Source: the human T2T-CHM13v2.0 reference genome, Homo sapiens
Length of the DNA stretch: 64,000 bases
Strand: one strand, 5' to 3'
Assembly: GCF_009914755.1 (NCBI RefSeq)
Contig: NC_060941.1
Under the pieces are notes generated by a model. It worked only from the letters and a program-made list of their open reading frames with translations, had not been told where the DNA came from and searched no databases. How positions within the stretch are numbered: the first letter of the stretch is position 1; the number at the start of each line of letters is the position of its first letter. Shown piece after piece: positions 37,456 through 54,542 of the stretch. The position numbers and the translations under genes are program-made.

Positions 37456-40400
37456 TCACACTTGAAGGCGTTGGAACATTTTCTCAAACTCTGGGTTTTG
37501 AACATAATTTGAAGGACTTGTTAATTGTCTGCTCACCTCTCGAAAGGTGGCATCATAATGATTAGATACATAATCAGAATATCTTCCCAGGTGAGCCATG
37601 GTAAGCAGAGCTCTAGCCCAGAATGATGAATAGTTATTTTTAATACAAATCATGGATGTGGCTGTTACTGGCAACTTCGGCCTGATTTCCCATATGCAAA
37701 GAAATCCCCTACCAGGGGAAAACAAGCAATGTTAGAAACCCGTTGGGTTTGTCCTGTTATCATTACAGGGTAAAGCCAAATTCACATTTAGTAGCCTGAT
37801 GGGCATTAAAAATATTAGTCACCAAATTAATCCCAACAAATAACAATAATTGATTGGCTCATTGATGTATTTCCCCTTGTCTTCCCCAACCTTTCTCTAA
37901 CTAGTCAGAAAGGAAAGTTTTCATATTTTCTGAGAATCTCATTACTGCTCTCAAACCATGCTCTATATCTTAGTATAATTTAAAAAATGAGTCAGCACAA
38001 GCACCTCAGAAAACTAGCATAGAATATGAAGCTACTTCTCTTCATATTAGAAAAGTACAAAAATTTTTAAAAGGTTATTCAGGGTACCAAAGGTAATAGA
38101 AGGATACATGAAGAGTGAATGTTGCAGTAGATTTTGCAAGCTAGCTTCCAAAAGTAGGTAGAAAAAGATAAATGTTCTTCATCAATCAATCAATACAGGT
38201 ATTCATCATCTCAGTGGTGTCATCCATGTGAAAATGGACATAGTTATTAAGAATAAACCTAAAGAAGAAACCATCTTGTATGTGACAAATTATAACTTCT
38301 CCTTTCTTGAATATTGGGGCAGCAGGGGAATAGGAAGTCAAGATACTCCAAGTATTAACTTCATTTGCAAATTGAATTGTACATAATTGTGCACCATGCT
38401 AATGCAATACTGCTTTTAGTAATGGGATCCAAATGAAAATTTAGAAGAGGTAAACTCCCCCTAAACTGCAAACACATCTGAATGTCAATTCAATTAGGAG
38501 TCTATTTAGTTATTACACTTCTTAGCATAAAGCGAGTTAAAGGCCAGGAAAAGAACACTTGCTTTAATCACTGAAACAATCTACACATATTTCTCAAGGC
38601 TCCACTTAACTCATCCTGCAACATTTATATTAAAAGTGACCTATCACTTAAGTGATCCAGGAGAGTAAAGGAAGAGTTTTAAGGCTGAAGGTGATTCCTC
38701 CTGAGCTCTAATACCATACCCTGAATTTCACCTTGTTCTTAACTCTTTTCCATGACACTGTGTATGGCTTTTAAGCGAGTCCAGAAAAACGGCTATCATT
38801 ACTACTTAATATAAACCATGGGGTTCTGTATCATGTAAACCCAGAGCAACTCCTCTTTGAAGCACCGACATTCAAGGCTCTACATAACATGTTTCAACTC
38901 TATCTTAGTGCTATACATTTTCCAAGTACCTGCGAGGAAACAGATAGCAGCACCTCCATTTTTCTGTAAATTGTGCTTTTGTTGCTGTTCTAAGACTCCT
39001 TCCAAGGCTGTTAAACTTTGAAGAGAGTTGGGAAAAGACAAGAACATCTTGCCTTCCCGATTGGGTATTCAGGCTTCACTCAGTAAAGCTGTCATGAAGT
39101 AGCGCAAAGGGTCAGAGACAAACCACATGGCATCTGATGTTTGTCTGTATAAGTTTAAAATAAAAATGTGACACTACAAGAAGGTTAACATGTGGACCTA
39201 ATTTTGAAAATACAAACAGGAAGCACCCCCACCCCAATATTACCATTTAAAAAAAAAGGAAACCAAACCTCAAAGATACCTTCCAAGGAAGTGATGGGTG
39301 TGACCCAAACTAACAAAAGTAATAAAACGTCACTTCAACTCTGAAACCATCAAAAGTGAGGGTCTCATTCAACCAACTAAAAATCTAACACCTGTAAATT
39401 GCTCTTCTCTTTTGATTAGTAAAAACAGCATAGATTTAGATGTGCAAAATCTTCTCCAAACTGACATAGGCTTTTCAGTAGCAGAGGATCATCATTAATA
39501 AAACACCCAATGTCAAGATTTTACTTCAAATAAGGCCACTATAATTAACAGTGAATACAATTTTAAAAAGTATTTATCACTCTGATGCTTAGAACTTAAA
39601 TTTAAGTACAAAAACTGTCTGATCAATGGAAACTAGATTGTTAAGTTTGACTTTCTTATTCCCAGAAATAAGCATAAAACTGTTGTGTTTCCAACACTGC
39701 AGGAGAAAAAAAAAAACTTCTGATTTTAGAAGAGTTCTATTCACAAAGCTCAGAATTAAAAACATTTTCTTCCTTTAAATACCACACATTTGAGGACAGC
39801 GATAGTGCAGAGCTAACTTTGAAGCATTATTTTTATTAAGTTGCACAGTTAAAGTATTTTGATACTTTGATATTTTATAGTATCAAAATAAAAGGATATT
39901 CTTCTCAAGAGTCCAGTAACCTGGAATTGCCAGATAGCTTTTTAAACGAATAAGTTTCAAATTATCAGAAAAATCATACAAACTAGGGTTATTTTGCTTC
40001 CTTTTGTAGGAATAATGCAGTAATCTGCACTCTTAACAGAAAGGGAAAAAATGTGTCACAGATAGAATGTCCAGAAATCTGTGAATAACTTTATGAGATA
40101 CAGACATTTTTGTAGGGCACGAAAATAGTTAGGCTTCCTTCGATTCCACCTGTAACCTGCATCTAATCTTGAGCATGTTATTTACCTATCTATAACGTCT
40201 TCCTTTTACAATAAGACTACCTGTGTCACCTACCTACATAACAACAAGCCAAATAAACCACAACAAATGGATTCATAATATATAAGCCTAACAAAAATTA
40301 CAGACAATTTGAATACTAACAATACTATGATTTGAAAAAACTCGACTTAAGTATCAAAAAGTAATAAATGGCAACTTTAGTCTTGATGTGGCTTTTACAT

Positions 40401-41539
40401 ATGTAAATGACATAAAAACAATCAAGAGAGGAAGAAAATGGAGATGAGATGAAAAGTCAGAGCAGGATAGGAAGTGTTGACCAAAATATTTATGTTGTAA
40501 CACTCCAAACGATGATAGCACATTTTTCTCCTACAATCATACATACTATGAAGTACACACCTTAAATTTCTGAACACAATCCATATTAATATCCCGTGGG
40601 CAAAAAATACAAGCACCGAAAAGGTGAGAACTGATGAGAAGGTGGGATAGTTTACCTAGTTGGGTATATAGCAAAGATTATTTTGTGCAGAGTTTAGCTT
40701 CAAGTTATGCAATAACCAAACTACTGGTGATAGAAATCAACTTTTTTTTTCTGATGGTTTGCTTTACAAAAAAAAAAAAAAAAAAAAAAAAAAACCTCTC
40801 CATTCCTTCCCTGTGTCTCAATCTGGAGCTTGAAATTTCATCTTCCAGAGGCTACAGTAGCAAACAAGTCATCTCCTAGATAACGCGCTTACCTGACCCA
40901 AGGTGTGGACTTGTTTGAATTAAACGTAACAGATACCACAAATTGTCACATAGGAAGTTTTTCTTAAAATCAGCAGCCCCTTCTCTTATTTAGCCATGTC
41001 CATTCTAACAACTGTGATCTTCCATGAGATGGAAACTGGTACCCAAATGAATAAACAAAACAACCCAAAGCCTTAAAATAAAATCAATCAATAAGATTCT
41101 CCCCATTTGAAGTGATCAGAACCACTCCAATATTTACAGTGTTACAAAATGAAATTTTAAAACATGAAAGGCACACTCAATAAAATACATCCTCACCTAG
41201 GAACTCACAGGCAATGAACATAACGCAATATAACATAAGCAAATGGACAACAATAGAATGTTGGGGAGAGAGGCACAGTTCTATTACCTTAATTGAAAGA
41301 TAACAAAATTATTTGAAATAATGTAGACCCAACAGCTGAAAGCTTATTATGGCCCAGGCGGCTATCCAACAGCTTTGGAAACCTAAGATCCAAGCAGACC
41401 ATAAACACCACTTGAAGACTGAAAAAAATGACATAAGCCCAAGTATGATATTCAGTGTCACGCTGGCCCTTTCAAAGGGCATTCCCTGAGGACACTGCAG
41501 AGAAAATGTATGGAATTGTATCTAGGCAAAGATCTGTAT

Positions 41540-41725
41540 ACTGCACGATGCTTTGGGAAGAGCACGAATCTCAGAGTCCTTGAAGTTTCAATCCCTGGAT
41601 ACTCAACAAACAGCCGTGTCACCTGAGCAGGCCACTTACTCCACCTATCTGGGCCTCAGTTTCCTCATTTGTACAATAAAAGAATGGCATCATCGCTGGG
41701 TTCCTTTCCAGCTCTAACATTCTTT
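41540..41725 (+). mobile_element. MIR
   Basis: GGGCCTCAGTTTCCTCATTTGTA...TCCAGCTCTAACATTCT. Confidence 0.7.
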
Positions 41726-42379
41726 GACCCACTTTTGGCACTATTTATTTGATACGAGGTATGGCGGGATCACAGGGACCAAGAAGAAAAGAACTGACTC
41801 TGGCTCTTTGGCAAAGAGAGAATCGGTATCTCTTTTAGTCTTTAAAATTCTTGTGCTTTTCATTAATCCCGTCTTTCTAAAAGCTGACACTTGGTTTTCT
41901 TCTTTGGCTTTTCCATCACTGCTGGCTACAAGTGTTTGCAACCGCCTCTTGCTCCGTGTGAGTTCTTTCCTCTTTGTTCACCCCGACCATCTTGCCAGAT
42001 TCCTTTAGCCTCAGACCAGCTTTTGTGATACAACTCCCCTTCCGACTCTCCATATCTACCCCCCGACACCAGGAGCACTTTTAACCCTTTATCCCTGACT
42101 AGAAAGAAAAAGCACACTGCATCCCACGGCCACACGCACGAGCCCAGGCCTGGCGGGTCCTGATGTGGGATCCCGCCCCCCAGAGTCTTATCGAAACGTT
42201 CGTATTTGTTGTCTTGATTCCTTATAAGGCCCTGTTTCTTGAAGCTTTGCTAATACCCCCCACCGCACCAGGCACCCCCGCAGGCTCATCCCATCCCCGG
42301 AGTCCCGGGAACCTCTTTTGAAAGAAAGAAGTTAAAGCAAGGAAGACGGCTGGGGATATTCGGAATTGCAACGTGAAGG

Positions 42380-43500
42380 TGTGAGGCGGCTGACAGCAGC
42401 CCCCTGAGCTCCTATGGGGTCGGCGCGGGGTCCCCACACACCCACTCAGCACACGCGCACGCAGCCTTTAAAGCGCACGCCCCCCGCGGCGCCGCGGCGT
42501 TCGCAAGTCCCCCTCGCGCACCCCGCATTGCCCTCAGCCTCCCCGGCAGCCAACCCGGACCCCCTCTCCCCGCGCGCGCCCCTCGCCCAGCGCGCAACCA
42601 CCGCGGCCCGGGAGTGATGGCGGCGGCGCGGCCCTGACGGGCGGCTGAGCGGCTGGAGCGCGGGCCCCGCCCGGGCTGGCTCCCCGGCCTGGCTCCCCCG
42701 GCCCCGGGCCCAGGGCTCGCCCCGCAGCTCCTACCTCGCTCGGCCCCTCGGGCGCCCGCGGCTGCTCCGGCCCAGCTGTCTGGCTTGCCCGCCCGCCCGC
42801 TCGCTCCCTCCCTCGGCCGGGCCGCCGCGCGGAGTTGCCTGCGCTGGGTCCCCGCCCGGGGTGACGGCTCCGGCCGCCGACTCTCCTCCCGCCGGGGCCC
42901 GCGGGGGCGCGCGCGCCGCTCACGCGCGGAGGCCCAGGGACGCGCGCCGCTGGCAACCCGGAGCGCGCCCCGCTTCCTGGTTCCGCCCGGCGCGCGCTCG
43001 CTAGCCCGCTGTCCCTCGCGCCCCCTCCGCGACCGCCCTTGAAGGACCCGGACCCCCTCGGCACACCCGAGGTGGCGGCGCGCTCGGCGGTGCCGGTGCC
43101 GGCGCCGCGCGCACCCCCTTTCTGCGGCGGTGGGGTGTCTTCCCGGCTCGGCTCCCTAGCCGACGCCGCACCGCAAGCACATGCTGCTTTGTTTGGGTTG
43201 GGTCGACCACCACTAGCAGGGCTAGGGCGCACTGTCGTGGTCGTTTTGGTTGGCCCCCTCCGCGGCCCGCCCACCTCTCTCCCTGGGAGCCCAGGCCCGC
43301 GTTCCGGGTCCTCTCCCGCCGAGGCCGAGGTCAGAAGTCCACAGGGGCCCCGATCAATAATTATCCTGGGTTTGCCCCCGGGAGGGCGTCTCAGCCAGGG
43401 CTCCTGCCGCCTGCATGGGCACGGCAGGAATTCACATTCGCCCAGGCCGAATTCACCTGTCCGAGTTCCAGGGTGAACCTACGGGGGACGGGGCGCCTGG
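42380..43500. promoter_or_regulatory. STAT5B: CpG island / main STAT5B promoter
   Basis: Very high GC and CpG density, GC boxes (CCCGCCC), no TATA box, surrounds exon 1. Confidence 0.9.
42735..42878 (-). other. STAT5B: STAT5B non-coding exon 1 (5' UTR); TSS approximate
   Basis: Reverse complement GGCGGCCGGAGCCGTCACCCCGGG...GGGGCCGAGCGAG matches my recollection of the STAT5B mRNA 5' end. It ends in a GT donor, lies in a CpG island and is divergent from STAT5A. Confidence 0.88.
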
Positions 43501-44223
43501 GGCCGGTTCCCTTCCTGGGAAAATCTGGCTGGCTCCCACCAGTCAGAGCTGCGGGAGGGACTGCTCTCTCTAGAGAAGAAAGAATAAACAGGGTCATCTG
43601 TAGGATCCAGGGGAAGGGGGTCCCCCAGATCCTTTCCACGTGCTGAGGAGGGGGTTGCGGTTGTGGGAAGCCAGGCTGAGTCACCCACTCTCCTTTCCTC
43701 TGCTACGTCTATCTCCCGGAGCTGGCCAGCGGTTTCCCTGGCAACCCTCCAAGGGCTAGCACTAAAGCAAGACATAGGAAAGCTCCAGAAGCCAAGCTGC
43801 AGGGGCCAAAAGAGAGAGAAGGACCCCTCCCGCCCCCACTCAGACACACAGAGCTCCCCTGTGTGTATGCAAAACGTTCATGTCCAGAGATGGCCCAGAG
43901 CTGCAAGTTCTCCCATAGTCCTCCCTGGGCAGCTCTTTCCAGCGGCCTTCTCTTCACCTCCAGAATGACACCAGCCACAAAGGTCTCCAGCTGGTCAAAA
44001 AACCCTTCTCCGCTACCCAGGCCACTGCTGCAGTCCCATACTCTGGGCCAACACCTGGCACAGTGCTTTGCACAGAGTAGGTTCAGGGAGCTTGGAGGCC
44101 AGAGAAGGAAGCAGGAAGCAGGATGGATGCGCCAACCAACCCCGAGCTCTCTGGCAATCTCCCTGACAGTTACTGCCCATGATGTTTTGACACTCAGGTG
44201 CTCCATGTTCTCCATATTTCTCT

Positions 44224-44541
<318 letters not shown>

Positions 44542-44559
44542 TCATGTTTCTCTTTCTTG

Positions 44560-44845
44560 TGAGCTTTCATCCCTGCACACATGCTATTCCCTCTGCCTGG
44601 AATGTCCTGCCTTCTTGATGTCTGCCCTTCGGTGACATTTGCTTCAGGCAGCATGACCTCCCTCCTTGTTTCCCACCGCGTTATTCATGCCTCTATTACA
44701 GCACTTCTTGTGTTGAAGGACAATTTCATGTTTTCATGTTTCTGTCTCTGTCCCCAAGGGCAGACGCAATATGCTATTCACTTTTAAATCCTCCTACTCG
44801 TGTTCAAGCCCAGAACAGACACTCAATAAATATTTTTGGAACAAA
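44560..44845 (+). mobile_element. L2 fragment
   Basis: TTCCCTCTGCCTGGAATG...CTCAATAAATATTT. Confidence 0.6.
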
Positions 44846-44909
44846 TGCTATGCTCTAGGAATGCAAATGGAGGTTACAAGGACTATGCAGTCATTAAGAG
44901 GACAGGGTC

Positions 44910-45692
<783 letters not shown>

Positions 45693-45988
45693 TACAGGTT
45701 CTCAAACCAGACTCTGTCAATTCCTTGAGCTGGGTAATCTTGAGTGTGTTTTCCTCTATCTTCTCGTTTGTAATGTGGTGATAGAGACAGTACCTACCTC
45801 ATCGGGTTGCGGGAAATAAGTGTTTACTACATGTAAAGTGCTTCACTGTAAAGCACTGTATAGCGGTTAACTACTACTGTGGTGTTTAGTAGCAGCTAAG
45901 ATGAATACTCCTCTTCCCAAGACCGGCGGTCTAGGACTCAAGCCAGCTGGTTTGTGGCAGCCACAGGGCGCTAGTTTAAATGTCCTGA

Positions 45989-46305
<317 letters not shown>

Positions 46306-47339
46306 TGTCCTGAAGGGTGGGTGGGAATGCCTCTTGATTCTTGCAGCTCTAGGCACATCTCTGACTGATGGTCACCAGGCACCAAGCTAGACCTGGCTGG
46401 GTGTGTGCACAGATGCTGAGGACAGAATGTTCTGGGTCACTACCTCAGCAAAACAGAATGTTGTCATCCTGGGATGGGAAGGCCTGACACCTGCTTCTCT
46501 GCTTGACAGTTCTGATGGGGTGGGACCCTCTTCTTCTAGGCCTCGGGGACATATTCCCTTAAATTGAGGGGACACCAGACTTAAGACATGACAGAAAGAA
46601 AGAAACTGAACAGGAAGCTAGGATCCTGAAAGACCCCACAGTCCAACCCATCAGGAATGACCCAAGAAGGTACCTGGAGATGCAGCAATGTCCACTGGAG
46701 GGTCTCATCCCTTAGTGCACCAGCCTGACCCAGGAGAGAGGCTTGGGGGAAGAGCCTGGGGGTCTAGTCCACAGCCCTTGTCCATGCATGCCCCTGCTCC
46801 CATCCTACAGCCTCCTCCCCTCTCTCTCTCATAGATGAACACATGGCTTTCAGAGGGGGCAGCTTCCCTGCTTCACATCCTCCCTCACTCCTGCCCCAGA
46901 GATCATGAGGCCATTTTCTGGGAACGTCACTGAAGCCACAACCATGATCCCCTCTGGCCAGAAACCAGAGGCCTTCGTTATTATGGCTTCCCTCCTGCAT
47001 CCCAGGAGTCAGGCTGACCCTGGGCAACCACCGGCCACACATTTGCTAAGAAAGGGCACTGTGGGAATGTCCCTTTTTCCCTGTGGGGATGAATCCTTCC
47101 ATAGGGGGATAGGTCAGTACAGGACCCTGGAGCCATGTGGAGAAGGTATAGGATGCTCAACAGAAAAGAAGGCGGGGATGCCAGATCTCCAAGGCCTCAG
47201 AATGGCGTGGCCTCGGTTTGGAATGGGCTCTGCAGTTTCGGAGGGCTCTGTCAGTGCCCCTGCTTACTTCTGCCAGAGCATTGGTGGTGAAAAGTTAGAT
47301 ATGGTTCTAAATCCCAGCTCTGCTAACTTACTAGCTGTT

Positions 47340-47710
<371 letters not shown>

Positions 47711-48703
47711 TCACGTGTAAATCATAGTTAGGGGGTAGAGTGTAATATATGTTTCAAATCCACAGAATCCTTCCGTGCATTTAAATGCACAAAAGACCCC
47801 AGCAACTGTTGTTGCCCCTCCAGAAGGGCCCTGGGGGACAGGAAAGGGCAGAGACTAACTTTTCACCACATACCCTTTTGAATCTTTTGTTACAAAATAC
47901 ATATATCATGTGCAGATGCTCCCTATTAAAACATTAGTAAAATAGACAGTTTTTTTAAAGGAAAAAGGAGAGCATTTGTGAAGGCAACTAAGCACTGTGC
48001 CTGGCACTTGATAAAAAAGCATTTTCTCTCTTTCTTTCCCTCAGCCTAATCCCAGCCAGTGTGCTGGCCAGGAGAGAGCTGGTGCTTTGTCACATGGAGG
48101 GGAGGGGAGAGGACGGGAGCGATGGATGTGCAGGTGCATGGAGGACTCGCCACCTGGAGAGTCTCACACACCTGCTCTCAGTCTTGCTCCTGTGTGCCTC
48201 ACCAATCTGGGCTCCCTTCCAGCCAGAGCTAAAGGCTAAAGGGTGGGCTCTCTGGAAAGGCCAAGGATCCCCCGACCCCGCCTCTTGGGACAGGGTCACT
48301 GGGCTCTCTCCACCCAGAGTCCTGGGGGATGCAGCATTATCCAGGGAGGGTGGGGCGGACGCAGAGGAGGGAGCAGAGTGCCACTGCAGCCAGTATCTTG
48401 CTGGCTTGCCAGGCAGGTTAAGAACTCAAAATTCAGCCCAGCACCAGGCAAAGATGAGGCTGCTGCTGCCACTGTGTGTAGAAAAGCAGCTCAGTGGGAC
48501 CAGAGCAGGCAGAGGCCAGGGCAGCAGGGGGAGAGTCTTCTGGGAACCATGGTGGGGGTGGTCAGTGAACAGGGGGCTGCCCTGAACCGTCAAAGCTCCG
48601 GAAGTTCTGTGCTGGTTTAGGGGCCTTCATTAATCCAACAGATATTTATGAAGACTCTATTGTGGACAAGCAGTGGGACATAGCCCTTTAGGCAATGTGT
48701 TAG

Positions 48704-49126
<423 letters not shown>

Positions 49127-50655
49127 TGTGACTGGGTCTTAACAGAAATCCCAGCAGTGGGTCTTGCTATTTCTTTACAAGTGAGGATGCTTAGATCCAA
49201 GAGGCAGACTCACTCACTCAAGATCCTACAGCAGAGCCAGGGTCTGCACCAGGACCTTATGACTCCAAAGCCTTTGTGTTTTCCTCTAGGCCACACTAAC
49301 CCTAGGAAAGATGAGGCCAATTTCACCAGGTGGCCAAGGGAGGAATGACATTCCAGGTAGATGGAATGAAAGGGGCTAGTGCTTGGAGTTGAGAGGCCAG
49401 CGTAAGGGGAAAAGCCTGGCCGAAGCACTTTTTTGAGGCTTGGAGCAAGGAAGATGTGGGTAGATCTGAGACTTAAGAAACGAAGAAACAATGAGAAACA
49501 GATTCTACAGAAAGGAACCCCCTCCAGTCATAACAAAGGAAAGTGGCAGAGTACTGGGAGGTGTCGTGGAAGATGCTCAGCCCCCTCGCACACAACCCCC
49601 AGAGGGCTTGAGGTTGGGTACTGGGCTGGCCAAGGCACAAAAGATTTCTTGTTGGGCTGGAAGGAGGAGAAACTAGCTCAGCGGGAAGAGCGGCCTGATA
49701 GTCATCATGGATGAGGATGAGAAGCCAGGCTTGACCCAGGGCTGCCCAGGACAGTGCCAATTCCACTCAGCTGCCTGGCTCTGTGTGCCCTCTCTCCTCT
49801 CTCCAGGCTCCTGGGCCTGGCCCTGCAATGAGGGGGCTGCAAAGGGTGGGCTCCTCCTGCCCACCTGACTGGCTGGGAAATGTGAACCTGGCACAGACTC
49901 TGCATCCTCTTCTCTTCGTCCAGAAGGAAACCGGCCTACAAGCCTCTCCCCCAGGGCAGGCAGGCTGGGCAGCTGGGCAGAGGAAGCAGGACTCCTCTCC
50001 TACCCACCCTGTCCAGCCCCACACCCTTCCCCTCATGCTATTCCCAGAAACAGAGGACAGTCACTATGCCTCAGGCAGGATGGCCTTGTGTTCTCTTGGT
50101 GACTTCACTGTAAAGTGACTTCCCTGAAGAGTGGTGGATAGGGGACAGCGGCAGGAACGGGCTTCACCCAAGCTCCGGCAGCTCCTTCCCTTCCCCCAGA
50201 TTTGCACAGAAGTCCTCACCCTGTGCATATAAACACACACCCTCCCTAGGTCCTGATCTGTCTTCTTGGACAAGAATGGGGGTGGCATTTCTATAGGGAG
50301 GTACCAGGGCCTGGCCTCAGAGGTGGGGTATACTCTGAGCATGGGCCCATGGCCCCACTTCTAGAAGCCTTCTCCGGTGGGGGCTGGAGTGCAGGTAGGC
50401 TGTCCAAGCAGAGGCAAGGTGGGGGTGAAACAGGATGTTTAAGTGCTCCAGGGCTTCTCCCCTTTGCCGCAGGGTGAAAAGATACTTCCTAGAAAGCCTC
50501 CAGCTTTCTTGGGAAGGCCCTTCACCCCTACCCCACCTCCCCTCTGGCTCCCATGTAACAGGAACTCTCCTTGAAGAAGGGACTTGGAGCACAGGAAACA
50601 AAGGCATCTCTGTACCACCTCCCTCCACCCCCCAAGGAAGGTCAAGTCAAGGTGA

Positions 50656-51053
<398 letters not shown>

Positions 51054-51499
51054 CTTTGGGATAATTCTCTTAATCCATAAACTCAAACCCACCTTCATGT
51101 AAGTGTGCACAGAGCACACTGTCCCATTCAATAGAGCAGGGGTGTAGGCTGGGCGAGAATGGAGATGCCATGCTCCGCACCGCAGAAAAATGGTGGGCTA
51201 GCCCAGCCCAGGGAGGCCTCTTCACTCCGCCGGTGTGTGCTGGGCTTGGGGAAGCTTAGAAAGGTTATACTGAGACCCTGCCCACAAGGCCCGGCAACTT
51301 GGATCCTGGTGCCATCTGTGCACTTACTGGCCAGACAGCTTTGGGCAGGTTTCTTTCATGGACTAATCAAAGGGTGTGATTCTGGCCCTGACTGCCTTCA
51401 AGGTTATTGAAAGGATCCGTTGAGTTGAAGAGCACAACCATGTCTGTACACAAATGTGCCTTGATGTAGTTCAGGATACGAATATAGTGTGCCAACTGA

Positions 51500-51879
<380 letters not shown>

Positions 51880-52360
51880 GGGGAATATATTTCTGTAAGA
51901 TTTCTAAAATCCTTCCTCACTCCCCATCTAATACTGTGACTTGGATTTGGGGGTGAAGAGCAGTTAGGGGCAAGGAGGCCAGCCTCGGACCGCAGCTCAG
52001 TCAGACCCTTGACAGTTTCTGATCTTCCTGAACCCCCATCCCGTGGCCTCAGTTTTCTCCTCCACAGCCTGGTTCCCCAAAATCACCAGGGCACTTTGTG
52101 GTGGGAAATCACCCACACAAGGGGACAAACAAGGGGACTGAAAGCAAAAAGAAACCCCAAATTTGACATTTCTGGGTAGTTGTGTTATCTGGAGCCACGA
52201 CTACAGTCACCTCTTCCCAACCCAACTCTGACACCCTTCCCTCTACTCCCTTGGGTGCCCTTTGCCCATCCTGGGAAAGTTCCATAGCTCCTCCTCCTCC
52301 CCACTGCATCTCAAAGGGAGAACAGGCCTGAAGAAATGGAGAGAAACCCAGACAGAATCA

Positions 52361-52815
<455 letters not shown>

Positions 52816-54034
52816 TCAACCAAGGGCACAGCCACTGGGCACAGGGTCAGGGTGGGAGGCACGGGAGGGCTCTGAAAACACAGCCACACACCCTTTTAGG
52901 CCCATCCTTCCCATTCTGTACTCTGGCACCTCAATGCTAGCTTTTTAGGACCTAGGACTACCCACACTAAAGCCAAGCCCGGCCCAACCAAGACAGATGT
53001 TTGGTGGGTGGGGCTGCCTGCTGGAGCAACAGGCCTCTGCAGGCCCTGGAGGAGAAGTCTAGAGAGGTGGCTGCCTGGAAGAGAGCAGGCAGGACCCCCT
53101 CTCTTAAGCAGGCACCCCCACCCCATCAGGTGCCCAGATGTCAGTGCATGGCAAGGGTGGCCCTCTGCCCTCCAGACCTGGGTGAGAGGACTTGAAAACC
53201 TGAGGAATCTGCTCCCATCAACTGACTTCCACACCTGCCTGAAGGGAACTGCTGGAGGGCACAGGTGCCAAGTGGGACCCACCCAAATGTGGCAATGGGT
53301 TTGTATCCAGCCACCGACAGGCTGCATGACGGTGGCAAAGTCACTTCCCCTCTCTGGCCTTTGTTTTTCCACTTGTAAAATCATCTTTATGGTCACTTCC
53401 AGCTGTGGCACTTGGCTTTCATTCCAGTTGACCCCCTAGCTCTGTGTCTGACCCTCCCCTGCCAAATCCATTGCTCAGAGTGGGAAAGGAGAGGAGAGGG
53501 ACTATACTTCCTCCTCCCTGGGGCCCCCTGCAGAGCATCTGGGAAGCAAGGCTTCCCTACATCCTCCATGCACCCCCTTAGAGTTTTCAATTCCTTTCCT
53601 CGTGATCCTGCCAACTAAGACACTGTGACCACACAGAGAAGGTGGGGAGAACGCAGACATTTTGGCTTCTGCAGCTTTGAAGTTCTTTTTTTTTTTTTCC
53701 TCTGAAGTTAAAAGAATGAAACTGGGAGAGGTAGTAAGGGGCAAGAAAGGAGAGTGGAAATGGAGAGAAAAGGGCAGCTCTGAGAAGCAGCTGGGGAGGG
53801 AGGCAGATGAGAATGCACCCCCCCCAACAGAACATGCAGTCTTGGCCCAGCTGTGCTGTGAGTGGGCAGCTGGGCTGGCCCCTCCTCTGGTGCTGCCAAC
53901 CCGCTGCCAGGCAGAGGGGAGGCCCAGAGGAGAGGGAAGCTGGGCAAAGGGGATGGAAGGCGTCCAGCCCGACCTTACCAAACCCCTTGGGCCTCGTGGG
54001 AAGGGGCCTCTTGGAGAGGGGGACTGAGGCTCTA

Positions 54035-54122
54035 GACAGGATATTCACTGCTGTGGCAAGGCCTGTAGAGAGTTTCGAAGTTAGGAGGACTCAAGACGGT
54101 CCCTCCCTGGACTTTTCTGAAG
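54035..54122 (+). other. STAT5A: STAT5A upstream non-coding exon of the long-leader isoform (start approximate)
   Basis: Donor CTGAAG|GTAGAA at 54122 and a downstream acceptor TTTTTAATCTAG|GGGCTC at 54542. The joined sequence resembles my recollection of a STAT5A long 5' UTR. Confidence 0.6.
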
Positions 54123-54542
54123 GTAGAACCAGCCTCATAAGTAACTAGGCTGGGTGAACGGGGGCGCTGGCTAGTTTATGGATCACAGTCGGCTGGTGAG
54201 GCCACGTGCCTACTGTGTGGCCCTGGGTGGCCCCGGGCAAGCCCCTTTCCCTCTCAGGACTTCCATTTCTTACCTGCAAAATTGTGGAGAGGGGGAGGGC
54301 TGAAACACATGACTGCCAAGATTCTTTCCAGTTCCTCCGTCAGGGTTGAGTTTAGATGGCCGGAGTAAAAGAAGGAGGGAGGTGCTGCGGTGGTGGGGGT
54401 GATCTTGGCTTCACTAGAATCCCCAGTTCTTCCCCTCTCTACAGTTTTGTCTCTGAGGTCACAAAACCTGTGGCCCCCAAGACACACATGCGCACACACG
54501 CGCGTGCACACACACACCCCACACATTTATTTTTTAATCTAG

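Noticed and set aside
42534-43476. Long ORFs (246 aa, 145 aa) in the STAT5B CpG island
   Set aside because: GC-driven open frames of low-complexity A/G/P/R composition.
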